Source: Phoronis australis
Lineage: Eukaryota; Animalia; Phoronida
Reading direction: 5' to 3'
Assembly (NCBI GenBank): GCA_002633005.1
Contig: NMRA01000058.1
Coordinates: 411,585 to 475,584, forward strand
DNA length: 64,000 nucleotides
Shown here: piece by piece, positions 24,604-39,249 of the stretch
Layout of the letters: every line of letters starts with the position of its first letter
How positions within the stretch are numbered: the first letter of the stretch is position 1
Program-made: the position numbers and the translations under genes
The notes under the pieces: model-generated
Seen by the model: the letters and a program-made list of their open reading frames with translations, nothing else
Database searches by the model: none
Told to the model about the DNA's origin: nothing

Positions 24604-26110
24604 TCTCGTGTGGTGCTTTTTTATTGCCCATCTTACTAGAGATTACCATGTTTATATTATTTACCCGTATTCATTATATTGTAATTGTATTAGTCATAAT
24701 AAATGACCTGATATCGCCTACCTCGGTCTCATTTTTATCTCTGGTAACGAGCTTGTGACGCACGTATCATTTATCAATCATTCGGGACATATGTCCATCA
24801 TGAATGGTATTTCACTCATTAAATATATTATGGACCCGTCTTACTCCTTTCCCCCTCATTTTGGTCTATTCCATTATTCCTTTGTGTAGGACTACACATC
24901 GTTTTCCCAGTCTTCGTACTGGTCTGTTGTTATCACGTGCCTCGAGTTTGATCAGCTCTTGGCTCTTATAGGCTGATGATTATCTCGTGTCACTAGGGGT
25001 TTTTTCTTTGTTATTGTAACCTCACTTTCAGTTCACCTTTGTTCTGGCCACATTGTCGTACAATCCAAGACTCGATTTTTCCCACCCTCTAGCGCCCAGT
25101 TTTCGTCATTCTCTCGAACTTCCTCATAGCCGGCGCTTTTTTATTGCCCAGTGACAACCATGTTTATGTTATTTACCTGTATTCATTATATTGTAATTGT
25201 ATTAGTCATAATAAATTACCTTATATCGCCTACCTTGATCTCCTTTCGTAGGCGGATTTAGGGGGGCCCAGGGGGCCCGCCCTCCCCCCCCCCTTGGCTG
25301 CCGCAAAAAAACTAAAACAGAGCGTAGGGAAATGTTGAGTTTATTAATTAACCCCGGTAACTAAAATTATACGGATGAAAAAAGATTTAAATGTGTGCAG
25401 TTTTAGTGTTGGGGGAGATGGGCTCAAATCCAATTTCAAGTGTCAAATTCGGAACACGGCGCATTCCTAACGGAACTATGGCTAAGAAAAGGCTCTCCTG
25501 CGATATCCCAGGTGACCGGCAGTGGCGCTCCACACTACGACTCCGTTTCCGTCGTCTGCTCCAATGTGCAATGAAGAAAATTTACTTCATTTTTTAAAGA
25601 AAATGGTACCTGAGTGACGATGAAAAAACAGAAGGAATTGATGGCACAAAATATAAAACGTGTAATAATCATTACAAAAAGAAGATTTCGCACACAAACG
25701 CTGTGGACCATAAACAAGTAGGTCTCTTTGTATGACATTAGTAGTTAAATCGTGGTGCTGTAGGGGTAACGCACGAGCGCTCTATCCGCCAGGTAGTGAG
25801 ATCGAATCTTAGGTACTTTCAGTTTTTCCTGTTTGACACGTTCTCCGTTTTTTTATTTGCCTTTTTTTCTTGGATAATACTTCAGGAATCAAGGAAAATG
25901 CTTGATTTTTAGAGGTAAAAACAGAAAAATTTCTTGGTGCTATGCGCATCTACAATCGTGGTTCAGTTTGTGCAAATGCTTACAGCCGGACAAAATGTTG
26001 GGCCCCCCCTTGTGATATCCTAGATCCGCCACTGCCTTTTCATGTCTGGTAACGAGCTTCGTTGCATGGATCATTTACCTATTATTCGGGACATATGTCG
26101 ATCATAAATG
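24604..26110 (+). repeat. Repeat family W copy 2, second direct repeat interrupted by a hAT MITE
   Basis: Aligns to 8311-9045; the sequence resumes after 26034 with ccttttca..ctggtaacgagctt. Confidence 0.8.
25247..26034. mobile_element. hAT-like MITE
   Basis: Right end cctagatccgccactg (CAGTGGCGGATCTAGG on the minus strand); decayed left end gtaggcggatttagg; partial duplication of ccttt(t)c; empty site visible in the other W repeats. Confidence 0.7.
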
Positions 26111-28101
26111 TAAGTGCCTTTCTTTAAAACTCTGCTGTGCATTCATTTTTGATGGAATTTAATGAGTGACCCATGAGATGGAAGGGTTTGAGATGTAGTT
26201 TGTTGTGGGTGACCTACCTTGGGCAAAATTTTATCTAGACAGGTGTGACAAGTGAGTATAAACAGGTAAGATGTATTTTTATGGAATTTTAGCACCTTTA
26301 CGTGTCTTGGAAATAAAAAATACATTGTTTTAATCATGTCTTATTTGTTTACCAACAATGTCACACTACAATGACCACTCAACATAAATCAGCTAAGTAA
26401 TTACAGGTAAATTTCTCAGTCGCTAAAATGCCACGTGAATGCAGATTCCAAGTACAGTAAGCATGTACAGCACACATCACGAATTTTTGTCCGACCGGTC
26501 GGCTAGGAGTCGTCTGCCGAGTCGCCTCTGTGGTTGGCACTTGGGTCGGCTACTAGTGGTCGCCTAGCGTAGACGACCAATTCGGATTAAGCGTGTCCTT
26601 GGTCTGCAATTACCATTTTATGACTTAGCGGGTGAACTTTGGCCAAACAAACATTTAACTGTTCGCTGTTCATTCACCATCGGTTTATCAACTTTTGTTC
26701 AACGTAAACTTTATGTTGAATTTCTGACGGCGTGATCAAATCAAACGTGGAAGTATAATTTCTGTCTCTTAGTATGAGACTTCTTATACCGTACATTATG
26801 CATAAAAACAAGCAAGAATTTTGAAATTTTACAGTAAAATTGCACAAAATTCAGATTACAACGCTGGCTGTTTAACAACCTCAAGTGTTTTCATGCCGCG
26901 GAATGCTCATCAAGCAGCATGCATTCGCGCTCATCTGTTATTATTATAAGCTCTTGATCATCACTTCATCACGCTGTACAATGCGCTTTACCACAGATAA
27001 TTATTGTTTATCTTTGTATAATTTCTTAATATGTTAGTACAGCAGTAGAACAAAAGTTTATTTCAAGAACAACATAAACAATGGTTTTAACATAGCGCAG
27101 AGATTAAGATCATGGGCGTTTGAAAATGGAAGAATGTGATCGGTTATAGTGTCATCTATGATCCATCATCATTCTGAAGTTGTTGTCATTTTCGGAGTAA
27201 AAAATTTGTTTCAAAGCTAGAGCCTTCCTATCTAGCCAGCTAGCTGTATGAAGACTATAGTCAAAATACAGCAAGGTGCCAATCTGTATTGAGCTCCGAT
27301 AGACCTCGAAATTGCACACAGCCCGAATAAATATACGCTCGTCACCTCGTCGTGAAGCTTGTATCAACATGTGCATGCAAAATCTGGAACTCAATCGACA
27401 TTCACCTTGCCCGTTACGACCGTTTAAGCAAAAAATATCCGACATCATTTTCTTGCGTAATTCTCTGCATTGGTAACAAAGAAATGTATGTGGTCGTTTT
27501 GAAAGTGACACGCGCCTGGACTTCCACAATTTTTTCGACATCTCGCATTAGATGATGACAACATTGCAGCAAAATTTGTTCTAAAATTCGGTTTACTGAC
27601 ATCAAATTCCAAAAACATATTATGAAGTGAAACCAATTCTAATCATTTGTTGTGACGTTTACGCAACCTCGGGGAAGAACGTTTGATTGAAGAATCTGGG
27701 AAAAAAAACTGGCTAATAGGTAACGCAATATTTCATTGCGCCAAAAGTCGACACAAAAGATCACACCACAATTTTAGCAGCAGAATAATTGTAGAAAAAC
27801 AATTTTTGCAACGCCAGTAAATAATTTAGATTTCTCAAGGAAGATTTTATTTGGTCAGTTTTTACCCAGAACGGCGCAAAGTTGTATATTTAATTTAGTA
27901 AATAGCTTCGCACCAAGGCCGAGCCCTTTGAAGTAAGAACACGATACTTAGTGTTTCGCGTCTACTCCAAGGGGTAAAATTTTATATTTATTTACATGTC
28001 ATTACAAACTTCTCCTGTTGAGTTTCTTTCTCACAAAAGCGGTCTTCGAATGTAGAATCTGGACTATGGCATGTAGTGTTTGTTTGTCCTATCAGTAATT
28101 A

Positions 28102-28700
28102 CTAACAATAGTACACCTCATGATGATCTCTATAACAGTTTGTGCCTGCCTTACAACACAGTGCAACATTACACTTTCCACAAGCCATAGATGTTTTTTG
28201 TTCTTTTGAAGGAGTTGTATTTTGCTAAAACACCTGGGTACCCTGTTTTGTAATTTTTACATTTTTTCAACCACCCAACACATACAAAGTTTGTCGTTGC
28301 TACCACTCGAGTTGGTAAGTGCAATATGTTGTCCAGCCTGCACTGTGTCGCATCATCTCCTCTTAGCTCGTTCATAACCAAGTTTGAAAGACAACATATC
28401 CCTTTTCTGACCACAGGTTGGATTTTGGTTCACGCGAGAGCCCTAAACTTAGTTTCTATTTTGCGGTACCACCACCATTTCTTTTCCTGACATTCCTGTC
28501 ATTTGATCTAATCTGTCTACTCCCCCATATATCTAGAGTATTACTTGAGCAGATAGACGTTCAACAGAATCCTTTTTTCCTTTCTGTAAAGAGGCTAGCA
28601 TCCTCAGGGGCGTGGTATGTGGACAATTCTATTGTCCATCCAATAGGATACGACAGCAAAGCCACACATTAGCCAGTGAGATGTTGTCTGTGTACATTGT
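28102..28700 (-). pseudogene. piggyBac transposase C-terminal part
   Basis: WMDNRIV/STYH, YMGGVDRLDQM, WWYRKI, HLP and the Cys-rich end KTSMACGKCNVALCCKAGTNCYRDHH, across frameshifts. Confidence 0.8.
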
Positions 28701-30059
28701 CAGAATAAATATTGATTAAATAATTAGTAAGAATCCATTTTAAGTTGCCCAAAATTTGTGCATGTGACCCACCACCACAAAATGAGTCTTAAGTCGGGAT
28801 TTGTCATTTTTCAATTATTTTTTTCTGAAAATACAGTATTTTCTGATCATTTTGAGGTATGGAGCATGTCCTTATATTCACAAATGACCAAGTTATTGCC
28901 AATTCTAGTCGAGGAAAGTGAAAATTTAGAGCTTTCAAAAGTCAAGGAAAATGGCCGAGAAAAAGTGTCGATAGTGTCTTTAAAATTTCCATAGCAACCT
29001 GCAGTTGAATGCTACATTTCAGACTTATTAGTATACACAACATAAACAAATAAAAGTAATAAAAAAATTAGAAAAAATATAGACCTTATTATGTAATCTC
29101 AGCCAAACAGGAGTGATATTCATGTTGGGTTGCTGCAAGTGGGTCAATAAATTTCCCAGATAATGCATACAGGGTCAGTCCACTTGTGGCATGAGGGGTT
29201 ACCGCAAGTAAAACAAGTAGTTAAAGTGTCTTTTGGAGAAGCTTAATAAAATGAAGTCCTGTAGATTACGAAATACAAGTTGTGGTGGGTCATGTATGTA
29301 CTTTTAAATCATGGAGTCAGTGTTTACATGTACTTTAACATCAAAATCTATTTTTAAATGGTGTTTACAACTTTGGGTTCTGGGGTCAAAGTACTCTAGA
29401 GATTCTAGAAAATTCTGAGAACAAATTGTAACAGCCAATAATATGATTGGATATGATCATGTGGTTTTTATTAACCAATCACTAAATAAGTAGAATGTTA
29501 TATTATAGGCTGAAATCAACAAGATGATCAGATTAGCTATAGTAGTTGAAGCATAAAGACTTGCTGCAGTGTCACAGAGGAAATTGTACAATTAACAGAT
29601 CCATCTCGTGGAAGATTCTAGAAACTTGGCAAGGGCAAGGGTTAACGAACAGGAAGTTAAGTAAGAGCTTGTCACTTGCATTGTGGGTAGTAATGTACTA
29701 CCTGAAGTGTTGCGTCATCAGCCAGAGACTGTCCCCAGCAAGAAGAATTGCGGGTAGAAGAAATTGCCTGCAAGTGTTGCATCACCAGAGACGGTGACCA
29801 GCAAGTACACTTTCACTATACAGTGTGTGTATAGTTTGAAGATTCACCAACAGGACAGACATCCAACAAGTGGAGAGTCCTAGCTTTGGATAGCAGATAA
29901 GACATTTGATTATTTTGGTTGATTGATTAAAGTAATCTTTAAAGAGGGCACTAGCGTAGTTACTCTTTGTAGTTGATTACTTAATTAACAATAGGTTTCA
30001 TTTGTCTAATTAGGGGTTATCATATAATAAATTAATTACTGGATTTGATTATTCACTCT

Positions 30060-31335
30060 CCACATACACACAATATCAAAGCATAGCTACATTTTAAACA
30101 AACCCACAGTCAATCGTCTGACATATATTATGTGCCCCTTCTGTTCCAAAGATTTACAAAGTTCTATTACTACTTTAGGTGAGAGTCCAAATATTAATGG
30201 CTTACAACAGTGTACTTTTATGCAAGTAAACTTCAAAGTTATTACAGTAAGCTAAAACGGCATCAGCAACGACCCATAGTTTGATGCCCCATTTCTTATC
30301 TTTCATGTACTTTTTCATCCCAAGGCGACCTTTAAAAGGTATCATTGACTCATCCACAGTAACTTCTTGGTGAGGTTGGTATTCTGTTGTGAATTTTTCT
30401 CTAATGTAGTCTACCATAAAATGTACCTCATAAAGTTTATCATCACCATGTGGTTGGGAGTCATCCCAAAAATGCAGGTAACGTTTTATTTGCAAATTAC
30501 GTCTTCGGGACATAATTTCTCCCAATTTCGACCCTGTTGAACAAGCCAGTGATTGGTGTTATATAAGTCCATTAAAGCTCTTCACGATCAAACTTCGTGA
30601 TATCCATAAAAAATTGCAAACCATTGAATTTTTCAACTTATCCCTTACAAGTTCCGACCACTCACCTTTGTGGGACTCGGGGTGTTCTCGTAGCTTCGTC
30701 TTGGCGTTTAAATTTGTAAGTTCAACAACTTTATTAAACAGATCGTGGGTAGAGAACATTTGAATATATTTTATTGCTCGTGTACTGCCATCATATACAC
30801 GTGTAGGGCCAACAAACTCGGTAAATTCATGAATTTGCCTAGGATTTTCCAACGTGACCCAGTTTTGAAACACGCGGCAAAGGTAAGTCTCTTCGGCATC
30901 GAATCCCTCGAAATCAAAATCCCGATGTCCTCATTATCTTCAAAATGTTTATTCCAAAACCTCTCTACATCTTTTCTTTCTTGTCTCATTAACTCTAGTA
31001 GATTAAAAACTCTGATATAATCCAAAGTTTTATCGTCAGATGACTCGTACACGGACACGCTGTCGGACATTTTGTTTTGTTTAGATCACATTTCTGTTCT
31101 TAGAAAATACATCTATTTATAAACGTCACTTTTACTCTACGAATCAAAAATGTTCTTTGAATTATAACTATAAGGCATGAAAATTTCGATGACATCACCT
31201 CGAATTCCCTCTTTTCAACCAATCGTATCATTTCTTAGAAGTTTTAAGGACTACCCAAAACTGATTTAGCGGGCTGTGGTGTGGAACGGAGGTAATATTC
31301 TCAGACCGATTTTCCAGTCTGCGGTGTTGAAAGGG
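30060..31335 (-). mobile_element. piggyBac remnant: 5' end and N-terminal transposase (PGBD4-like)
   Basis: TTAA|CCCTTTCAACACC end at 31335-31339; IMSRRR..IKRYLHF, VDESMIPFKGR, KWGIKLW, FEVY, GLSPKVVIEL..KGHIIY. Confidence 0.88.
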
Positions 31336-31444
31336 TTAACTAACTGACAGTCAAAATCTGCCATGGTTTTGGCACGTCAAGCTTAGAAATAAAATCAAAA
31401 GATTACAACCCACCAGTAGTCTAACTGTGCATTAAACAAGAAAA

Positions 31445-32279
31445 CCGTCATATCACAAAGAAATTATCAAAGAAAATCGCTGTACTTAAACGTCCCGGCA
31501 AATTTCTTAATGTCAGTACTCTTAAGACCCTTTACCAGTCTATTATTCAGCCTCATATTGATTATTGTTTACTGGTTTGGGGGCACATTAGTGACACACT
31601 TGTCAGAAAAGTTCAAGTAATCCAAAATGAAGCCACCAGGGCTATCCTAGGTACTAGAGTTAGGGACACTAGGGTTGACGACTTGTATTCCAAGCTGGAA
31701 TTTATGAAAGTAAGACAAAAAAATAAATATCTCTCTGCCTGTTGTATGTACAGAAGTAACAATGGCTTGGCTCCAGCATATCTCAGCAGTAAATTCAATA
31801 GCAGTCAGGCTGTACATTCTATATGTTCTTCTGTTGCTGGCAATGTTTCTTCTAAAAAAAATAAAACCGAGATGGGCAAGAGATCTTTTATCTATGCAGC
31901 TGCTATAATACAGAATTCTCTTAGCCCAGAAATTAAACGGTCCAATTCAATTACTACATTTAAAGTAAATAATAAAAGTGGCTGTAATTTACCTAACCTT
32001 TTATACCCTGCCTGTCTTAATTATGTTATTTTTTCATTGTCGTAAATACTCTCACTGTCTAGAGTCATCTCATAATTTATTTCATCTGTCTTAGTTAAAT
32101 TTTTACCATTATTCGTCATTTAGTTATTGCCTTAATTCTCAACCTGTTTTAATTGTATCTTTGTTATGTATATTTCATTGTTGTTTTATTACTTCATTGA
32201 GGGCCCTCTTAGAAAGCAGTGCTATCACTGAAGAGGCATCCCTCATTTTAAATATCACAATAATAAATAAATAAATAAA
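31445..32279 (+). mobile_element. 5'-truncated L2/Crack-type LINE (post-RT region and 3' UTR)
   Basis: LYQSIIQPHIDYCLLVWG; VIQNEATRAILG; NGLAPAYLS; GKRSFIY; 3' stem-loop region gagggccctctt..aagaggcatccctc and (TAAA)n tail. Confidence 0.85.
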
Positions 32280-33100
32280 CATTTTTAAAACAAATAGTCA
32301 TCAACCCATACTTTTGACATTTCAGGTTGGTAGTAGCTGTGCAAATGCCAGAGAAAGCCAATTAGAGTGTAACTACCGATGGCGGCGTGGTTCCTGAAGT
32401 TTGTGAACATGGGAAGAAAATAAAGTGAAAAAGTGTTCAAGTATTACATTTTGAAGTAAATCTTTCACCAGGGAAAATAATTTATTACTTTAAATATAAC
32501 TCACATTTGCCAAACCACTGTCTCAGAGGCAGTCGTTACACTCATTGTTATCGTCGATCTTTATCTCTAATAATTCAAACACTCGACTTTCTTCTCTAAT
32601 AGTTGATACAGCCAATTTTGTCTCTATTAGTTTGTACACAAAGCTCTCGAGGGAAAAATAGTTTGTACACTAGTGTATGAACCATTAGAGAAAACACCGC
32701 ATCCATGTTATGGGACTTAAAAACAGGACCTGCGATTGTCTGAACAATTGATCCCAACTTAAAACATCCATTGGTTTATCAATTCACAATTTTCAGCTTG
32801 GCAACTTCTCAACTGAACAGAAATCAGTTGCTATTTTACAAAATTGGGAAGTATTGCTTACCCTAACTTTGAAACTTGTCAAGATTTGGCCAGCTCAATT
32901 AATTCTTTATATTTATCCGACGACTTCGCCAGCGATGATGATTTCCTTAAAACTGTCAACCTCAGTAGCTTGGTCAGAGCTTTTCAGAGTATTTCCTAGT
33001 TTAATGGAAATGAACTGAACTGAAGGGGGGGGGGTAGCTAAAGGACATTGACAACTGACTGCTACTTGCGCTTGACTTAAAAACCATGAAAAGAAATTAC

Positions 33101-33162
33101 CTTTTTCTTTTCTCATCTAAATGCCTTTCTTCTTCTAATGCTAAAAAGTTCATCTGCTCCTT
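33101..33162 (-). CDS. SIX6OS1: Host gene exon, charged coiled coil
   Basis: atttcAG / GTaatt; 62 nt, phase 0 to 2, open: KEQMNFLALEEERHLDEKRK; follows a 121-nt intron. Confidence 0.6.
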
Positions 33163-33283
33163 CTGAAATTCAAGATAAACAGATCAAATACTGAAATAAG
33201 GCATTCGGTAAGAGAATTCTCTACAAAATGTCATTGCACTAGCAAATAAACCAACCCCCATCTATATGTAAAGTCAATGATAC

Positions 33284-33374
33284 CTTCGATGCTTCGATTT
33301 TCAGGTCTTGTATCAACTGTACTTGATCTTCAATTTCTTTTTTACACTTAGTTGAGTCAGTTTTCATTTGTGCT
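33284..33374 (-). CDS. SIX6OS1: Host gene exon, SIX6OS1-like coiled coil
   Basis: aacAG / GTatca; 91 nt, phase 2 to 0, open: AQMKTDSTKCKKEIEDQVQLIQDLKIEASK. Confidence 0.6.
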
Positions 33375-36300
33375 CTGTTCTTGTTAAGGCAAATCAATTA
33401 ACTACAGGACATTATGAAAATAATAAATTCGCACTGTTTAGAATAAACAAAATTGCTTATTACACCATTCAATTATGAAGATTTAAAACCAGGAAGGTAA
33501 AATGATTTTTCGAAAATTAATAATTGCCTTGCATCTATAGGCACATAAAATGGCAAAGAAACTCATGATGAATTGACGAATATGTCGCTAGGAGCCTTCC
33601 ACGCGCTAAACCGGTCATGGACCATCCACTAGATATTGCAAGAAACAAAAACTCAAGTATGTAACACATATTTTGGCATTAAAACATACATTCAAAAAAC
33701 TCCTACCTAACGGCCTTTAAAACAAACACTGAAAAGTCACTTGCACCAAACTCCTACTTTTGAAACATCCATTGTCGATTTTGAAACAATACAGCCATGA
33801 TCTGCGTATAGGTCATTTGGCTGATTTTTGTTTGGACACAGTGACATGTATCGAGAGATGGTGACAATTTCACCTAAGTAGAATTTGCTTAGAAATACAC
33901 TTTGCCAGTAATTAACTGTGTTTTCCCAAGTCCACAAATGTACAGTAGATTAAGGGAACTAAGTTCAAGTCCCGGGTACTTAAAATTGTTTCATGGTACT
34001 GCACAAATATGCCTCTGAGGTGTTGATAAGCAAACAGGATAAAACTTCCATGCCCACCTGATCGCAAATTGGTGTACATAGCAGCATACTTACAATACGC
34101 AAGTCGTGGGATACCAACCTCAATGGGAGGCATGCCCACTTTGGTGTTCAAGTAGCCATGACGCTACGACACAACCAGTATCAATTGCGAGATGGTTACG
34201 GCCGTTCTTATGCAGTAATGTTGGACCATTACTTTTGTTATCAATCTGATCAAATGCACCAAGATTGCAAACTTCATTAAAGGAGAATGCTGAACGATTT
34301 AATTAGTCTTTTTTAGCGTCTTAATTGGTCTATATCCCCTCACCTCGCATACGGTCAACCTTACCTTGCCAAGAAGTGTCACATTAACCTGTGAGGAAGG
34401 TTAAAACCGATGCAGCGACGTCATTGGTTTATTTGCAGAGTGAACGCCACTATGTTGCAGTGCATAATTCCTGCTTGTCTAAACTCAGTATGCAGCTGCG
34501 AGGAAAGCGAGTATATCTTTTTTGACTTCCTCGAGTCAGAAATGTTTAGGAAGTGGCTCATGGTAGTGAAGAATGAAAATTACACAAGTGTGATGCCGTG
34601 AAACATCTCCGTGTCTGTGGCCGGCCGTCGTCGACAGTGAGTCTGACGAATGCCGACTTACCAAAGAACTATCCATATGTTCCGTTGCCTGTGTATATTC
34701 ACGACCCCTCTCTAGTTATTTCTTGATCACTGTATTCATGTTCGAACTGATAGCCTGCGAAACTAATAACGATCCATCTGCGAAGTCTTCGTTGGATAAG
34801 CTCTCGTCTAAGTCGGGATTGCGTGTTGCCCTGTTGACGATTATTATTCTGCGCGTTCTGTTTCAAATGAATTATTCTCACCCTAACCAATGCTTACAGT
34901 AGACTTAAACAAAGTCTGGCTCATTAGATAGAAACTGTAATGCCCTTGGGGTATTCATGAGTGCAAATGTTTTGAGAAGACAGTAATGAATAAAACACTG
35001 CTTCAGATGCAATAAAGGTAATTGCCTAGGCACCGAGGCCGTGTGAGCGCATGCTAATTCAGTGTTTGCTGACAGAAAGCTGTTGTGAAACAATATCTCG
35101 ATTTTATATGCTATGGTCACGTGTTAATGGAATCTTTATTTAAATATACAAATACATTATTCACATCATTGTTACTGTAAAACTTTTGCCCTGATGGTTC
35201 TGTGAAAGGGCAACTTACTTTGCGCCCCCCCCCGGACAAGTAAGAAGAATTGCAGTTTCGTAGCTAATTTACCAAAATAATTGCATGCACATTATTTCTT
35301 TGGCTCACAAGTATGGTCTTTGTGACTGGATGTTTAGTTTCCAACTTAAGCTGGTTTATGTTCCTGATGTCTCAAGTCCCGGTGGCCACCACAGGCCTGA
35401 TTGGGTTCCAAGGCACTGGCTGGGATAACAAGCATTTTGTGTGTTTAGAAATGAAAAAATCGCAAGTCTAAAAGTACAACACACAGCTATCTTTCATGTC
35501 TGTATTTCACGGAAGAACAATTCAAATTTATCAGCAAACAGACCCAAACTCCCGCCATCGACCATGATAAATTGGCCTACAGAACCTATAGAAGTCTACA
35601 CTCCTTGACCAAACTCTGTAGGCTACCATACGTTCAAATACCTATATCCGTAACAGTGAAATAAAACGACACGTTTGCTAAAAAAATACCAACTATTTGT
35701 AAGGTTTTTGCATCAAAATTTGATGATTTATTGGTGTAAAACGATGCATTCAAGCGATAAGTTGACAACAGTAAGCACGTTGTGAACGTCTGAACAGACT
35801 GTGTTCGAACCGATTACGTCATTGGTTAATTTCAACACCTGTCAGGTATCAGGTAAAACAACCAAACTTGCTGTTATCGAGTGGAACTACTTGATCTAAA
35901 TTGATACAAAATAAGTGGGTGGCATTCTCCTTTAAAATATTTGGCCAGCGTGCATACTTTTTAAAAACAAATACATCAACCAGTAAGCATTGGAAGATAT
36001 TGCCAAGTCCTTTGCTTAAGCATAAAAATCAGTTAAGAATGGTCTTTAAACAAAAAAATCTACCCTCAAAACTATTTTTCTGATGGTGGCATCAGATTTA
36101 GCTCTCACGAGCATCTCCCATTCACTGCATCCTTTGAGGATATTAAGATCACTCTCAAACGCAGTCTTGTACAGAAGTCAAGTCCCCCTACTGTGTTGCT
36201 CAGGGAGACAATAAAATAGAGGTTGTCAAGAAAGGAACAGCAGTTGCAATGCACATTACTTCTCAACTTTCTATCTTAGGTTTAGCTTTTAGAATGCGCA

Positions 36301-36539
36301 GTCTGTAAAGTGTTGCCAGGACCAGACAGGTTGGACACCCATCTCTGTTCCCTAATTTCTTAACAGAAGAAGCTAGTCATAAAAGTCCAATTGGTAAGAA
36401 GCATTGATATAATTGTTGGATGGTAAATGCAATGTAGTGCTTAATGGACTAGGTCAAACATAATTAAGTAAAATTTAAATCACATAAGAGCAAACATGTC
36501 TTTTTACAAAACACATCAATGTACAAAAGCAAAGGATAC

Positions 36540-36588
36540 ATTTTAATAGCCATTTCTTTTTCATCCTTGAATCCTTTGAAGTGCTGTT
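36540..36588 (-). CDS. SIX6OS1: Host gene exon, SIX6OS1-like
   Basis: tattacAG / GTatcc; 49 nt, phase 1 to 2, exactly bridging the neighbouring exons: (E)QHFKGFKDEKEMAIK(I). Confidence 0.6.
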
Positions 36589-37308
36589 CTGTAATATGAA
36601 AACAACATAGAACATTCAAGTTTTTTTCTATCCAATTACATTACTGTAAAGTATACCAATGGCAAAACAATGAACATGTGAAAATGGCATTTTAGTTTCT
36701 ATACATTCATTGAAGGATTTTAATATAAATTGCTGTTTTCTGATTGACAACGTGTAAAATAGGTGAATATGCAAGTAGGTGGATTCTTGATAGGTCTGAT
36801 CAATATAAAAGAAACAGTGGAAACCTCTTGTTGAATGCTGGAAGACTTTTGCCAACAGATTTGTGAACATTACATTACAAAATATTACACTCATTCTATT
36901 AGGCTTCTGAGTATAAGGGTATTACATTTAAATAAGCATCATAAGGTAGCCAACAGGCAGCAAAGTCATGAATGTTCCAATGAAGTGATTTGAGATATTT
37001 TAACTTCAACAGAATTTTGTTATTTCAGATCTGTTGGGCAAAACCAGATAGTCCTAGTAAAGCCTTAATATAACAAGAAAACAATTTAATCACTCCAATG
37101 TAGACCCATCAAATAACAGAAGAATTTTGCCTTTTCTTGCCATGTTGCGCCATCCCAGCAAAAACAGCAAAAGGCTGAAAACAATTGATTTGAATAGGGG
37201 TCTGAATATATAATATCGAGAACATCGGATTTGTAGAGAACAGTTCTTTACGCGTTTTCATTTAACATAAGCGATTTATGATCAACATATGTCCTGAATA
37301 CACCTAGA

Positions 37309-38062
37309 GAATTTCTCCCTTATACTGGTCACCACTCTGATTCCCTAACTCCTAGACAACTTTTATGATGCCTATTCAGCACGTCCTTTGTATTGGTGTA
37401 GATCTGAGCTAATGTAGCAGACGTTAATAACTAGCACTACTTTCTAAACAATGGTGGTTGTTATTACACCCAAATTGGTTTTCTTTGGCATTTGCACAGA
37501 GTTAAAGCCTGCAGTGTAGAAAGTAGTTTCAACTTGGTACATTTTAAATATTACAAAAAGACTAAAAAGTTAATTTGCGTGATCTTAATTGAAATAGGAC
37601 CACTTCCCAAAGGAACGTTGGTTTTAAATATGCTTCATATCTGTTTTCATTACCTTATTTTTATACTGCTGTCTACTTGTTTTTTTACCAGTTAGGGTTG
37701 CTACCTTTTTATTTTTCGTTTGAAACGAAGTATCAAAACAATTTAGAAGTCAGTTAATTGTGAACCCATCCCTGAATTTTCCAGATTACAGCTACACCAA
37801 ATATGTCACAACAAACAAAACTACACGTCATTAGTTCAAGTACAATCTTTATTAAAACTTAATCATTAAATCTTTACAAAAGTGCAAATGTGTTAGCCAA
37901 AATGAAGATTTGGAGCCTCTGGAAATTTTGGTTGCTGTAACTACATAGCTATTCTAACTTTTCCTCAGACATAAAAATGAAATTACAGCTGTTGCCCACC
38001 GACCAGTCTCAACCACTAGTTGCAATCTCTCGTTGACTATAAAGCTAGCCATCTTCTTGTCT
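37309..38062 (-). repeat. Repeat family X copy 1; other copies at 42014-42752 (+) and 48753-48920 plus 52901-53452 (+)
   Basis: About 740 bp from aagatggctagcttt..gtcaacgagaga to gaaattc; begins with a decayed MASFVVNERVQAVDE frame. Confidence 0.85.
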
Positions 38063-39249
38063 TGACACATTACAAGTACAAGCTAACTATCAGTTTTCCT
38101 GCTAGTGTAGGATTCTTTAGCCCAACAACAAGTTGGGAAGCTTACCCCTGTAGCCAATATCTTACACAACTGATTAAATCTACGTATTCTGGCATTCATG
38201 GTAGGAGGGCCAGCTCTCTTTTGTTCGATAATTGCTCTCATCTCCGATAAGATCGTATCTAGCCTGACTGTTATAACATATTGAACATAAACCAACAGCA
38301 TTTCTGAATTCTTTGTCAAATGCTGATCGTGTTTAGATTTTGAATTGCCAAAATCGCCCAACTATAACAGAAGTTATGACAATCTATTCTTTCTGAACCT
38401 ATACCAATTGCTCTAGGTTTGACTGTGTTCACACGTGGTCTAGAATAAGCCTGGTAGGTAATTTGCCTGTGCTAGTTATCACATGCTCACAACCCTCTAC
38501 GTCTGGTAAAGTCACTGAATGGGAGAATGCCGTCATGGGTAAACATCGCACAAATTAATAATTACACAAACAATTGAAAACAGTCATAATTCATGCAAAC
38601 AAAAACACACAATTACACAAATACGAGTAGTGTTTTGAAAGCCACATAAACACCCTTGCTAGTAGGGCAACACGTTTTAATTTTATCTTTAATGGGAGAA
38701 AAACACTCAGAAACCTAATGCTACTTATTTCCTTATAGTCGAGTCGAAAAATGGCACCCTGTGCACCCCCCGGACTTCAACTTTTAAGTTGCCTAATTGC
38801 AAAGAAAAATATGTGTGAAAACTAAAAAAAGATGTTAACAAGCTGAAAAAGTGTCCCACATGCGTTTTTATGCAAATTAATGCCGCCATTACCAATTTTA
38901 CGTTATTTTATATCTCACTTTCTTATTCTTGTAAATGAACAAGTGTCAAAACCCATATTTTGAGGGGCAAGCATTACGAGGGAATAATTTTCTTCACAAT
39001 CTATTACATGTAATTAGTATTATACGGTTACTTACAATCAATACTACACTGAAAGTGTACATAAGCCAATACAAACACTGAATGTACAACATTCAGTGTT
39101 TATATAATCAGCTCCTTAATGAGCCAATTTTCAACAAATGTTTTAAATATTTCAAGGAAAAAAATGCCGGAAAATGATTGCAGAAATATGGACAATCATT
39201 AGGAGTTGTCACTGACTACATGTTCTAACACTCCATGTCACTTTCATTG

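Noticed and set aside
25750-25812. tRNA-like A/B-box sequence inside the hAT MITE
   Set aside because: No convincing cloverleaf; at most a decayed SINE head.
32863-32997. Minus-strand AG...GTAAGC segment just downstream of the 33101 exon
   Set aside because: Stop codon in the required phase.
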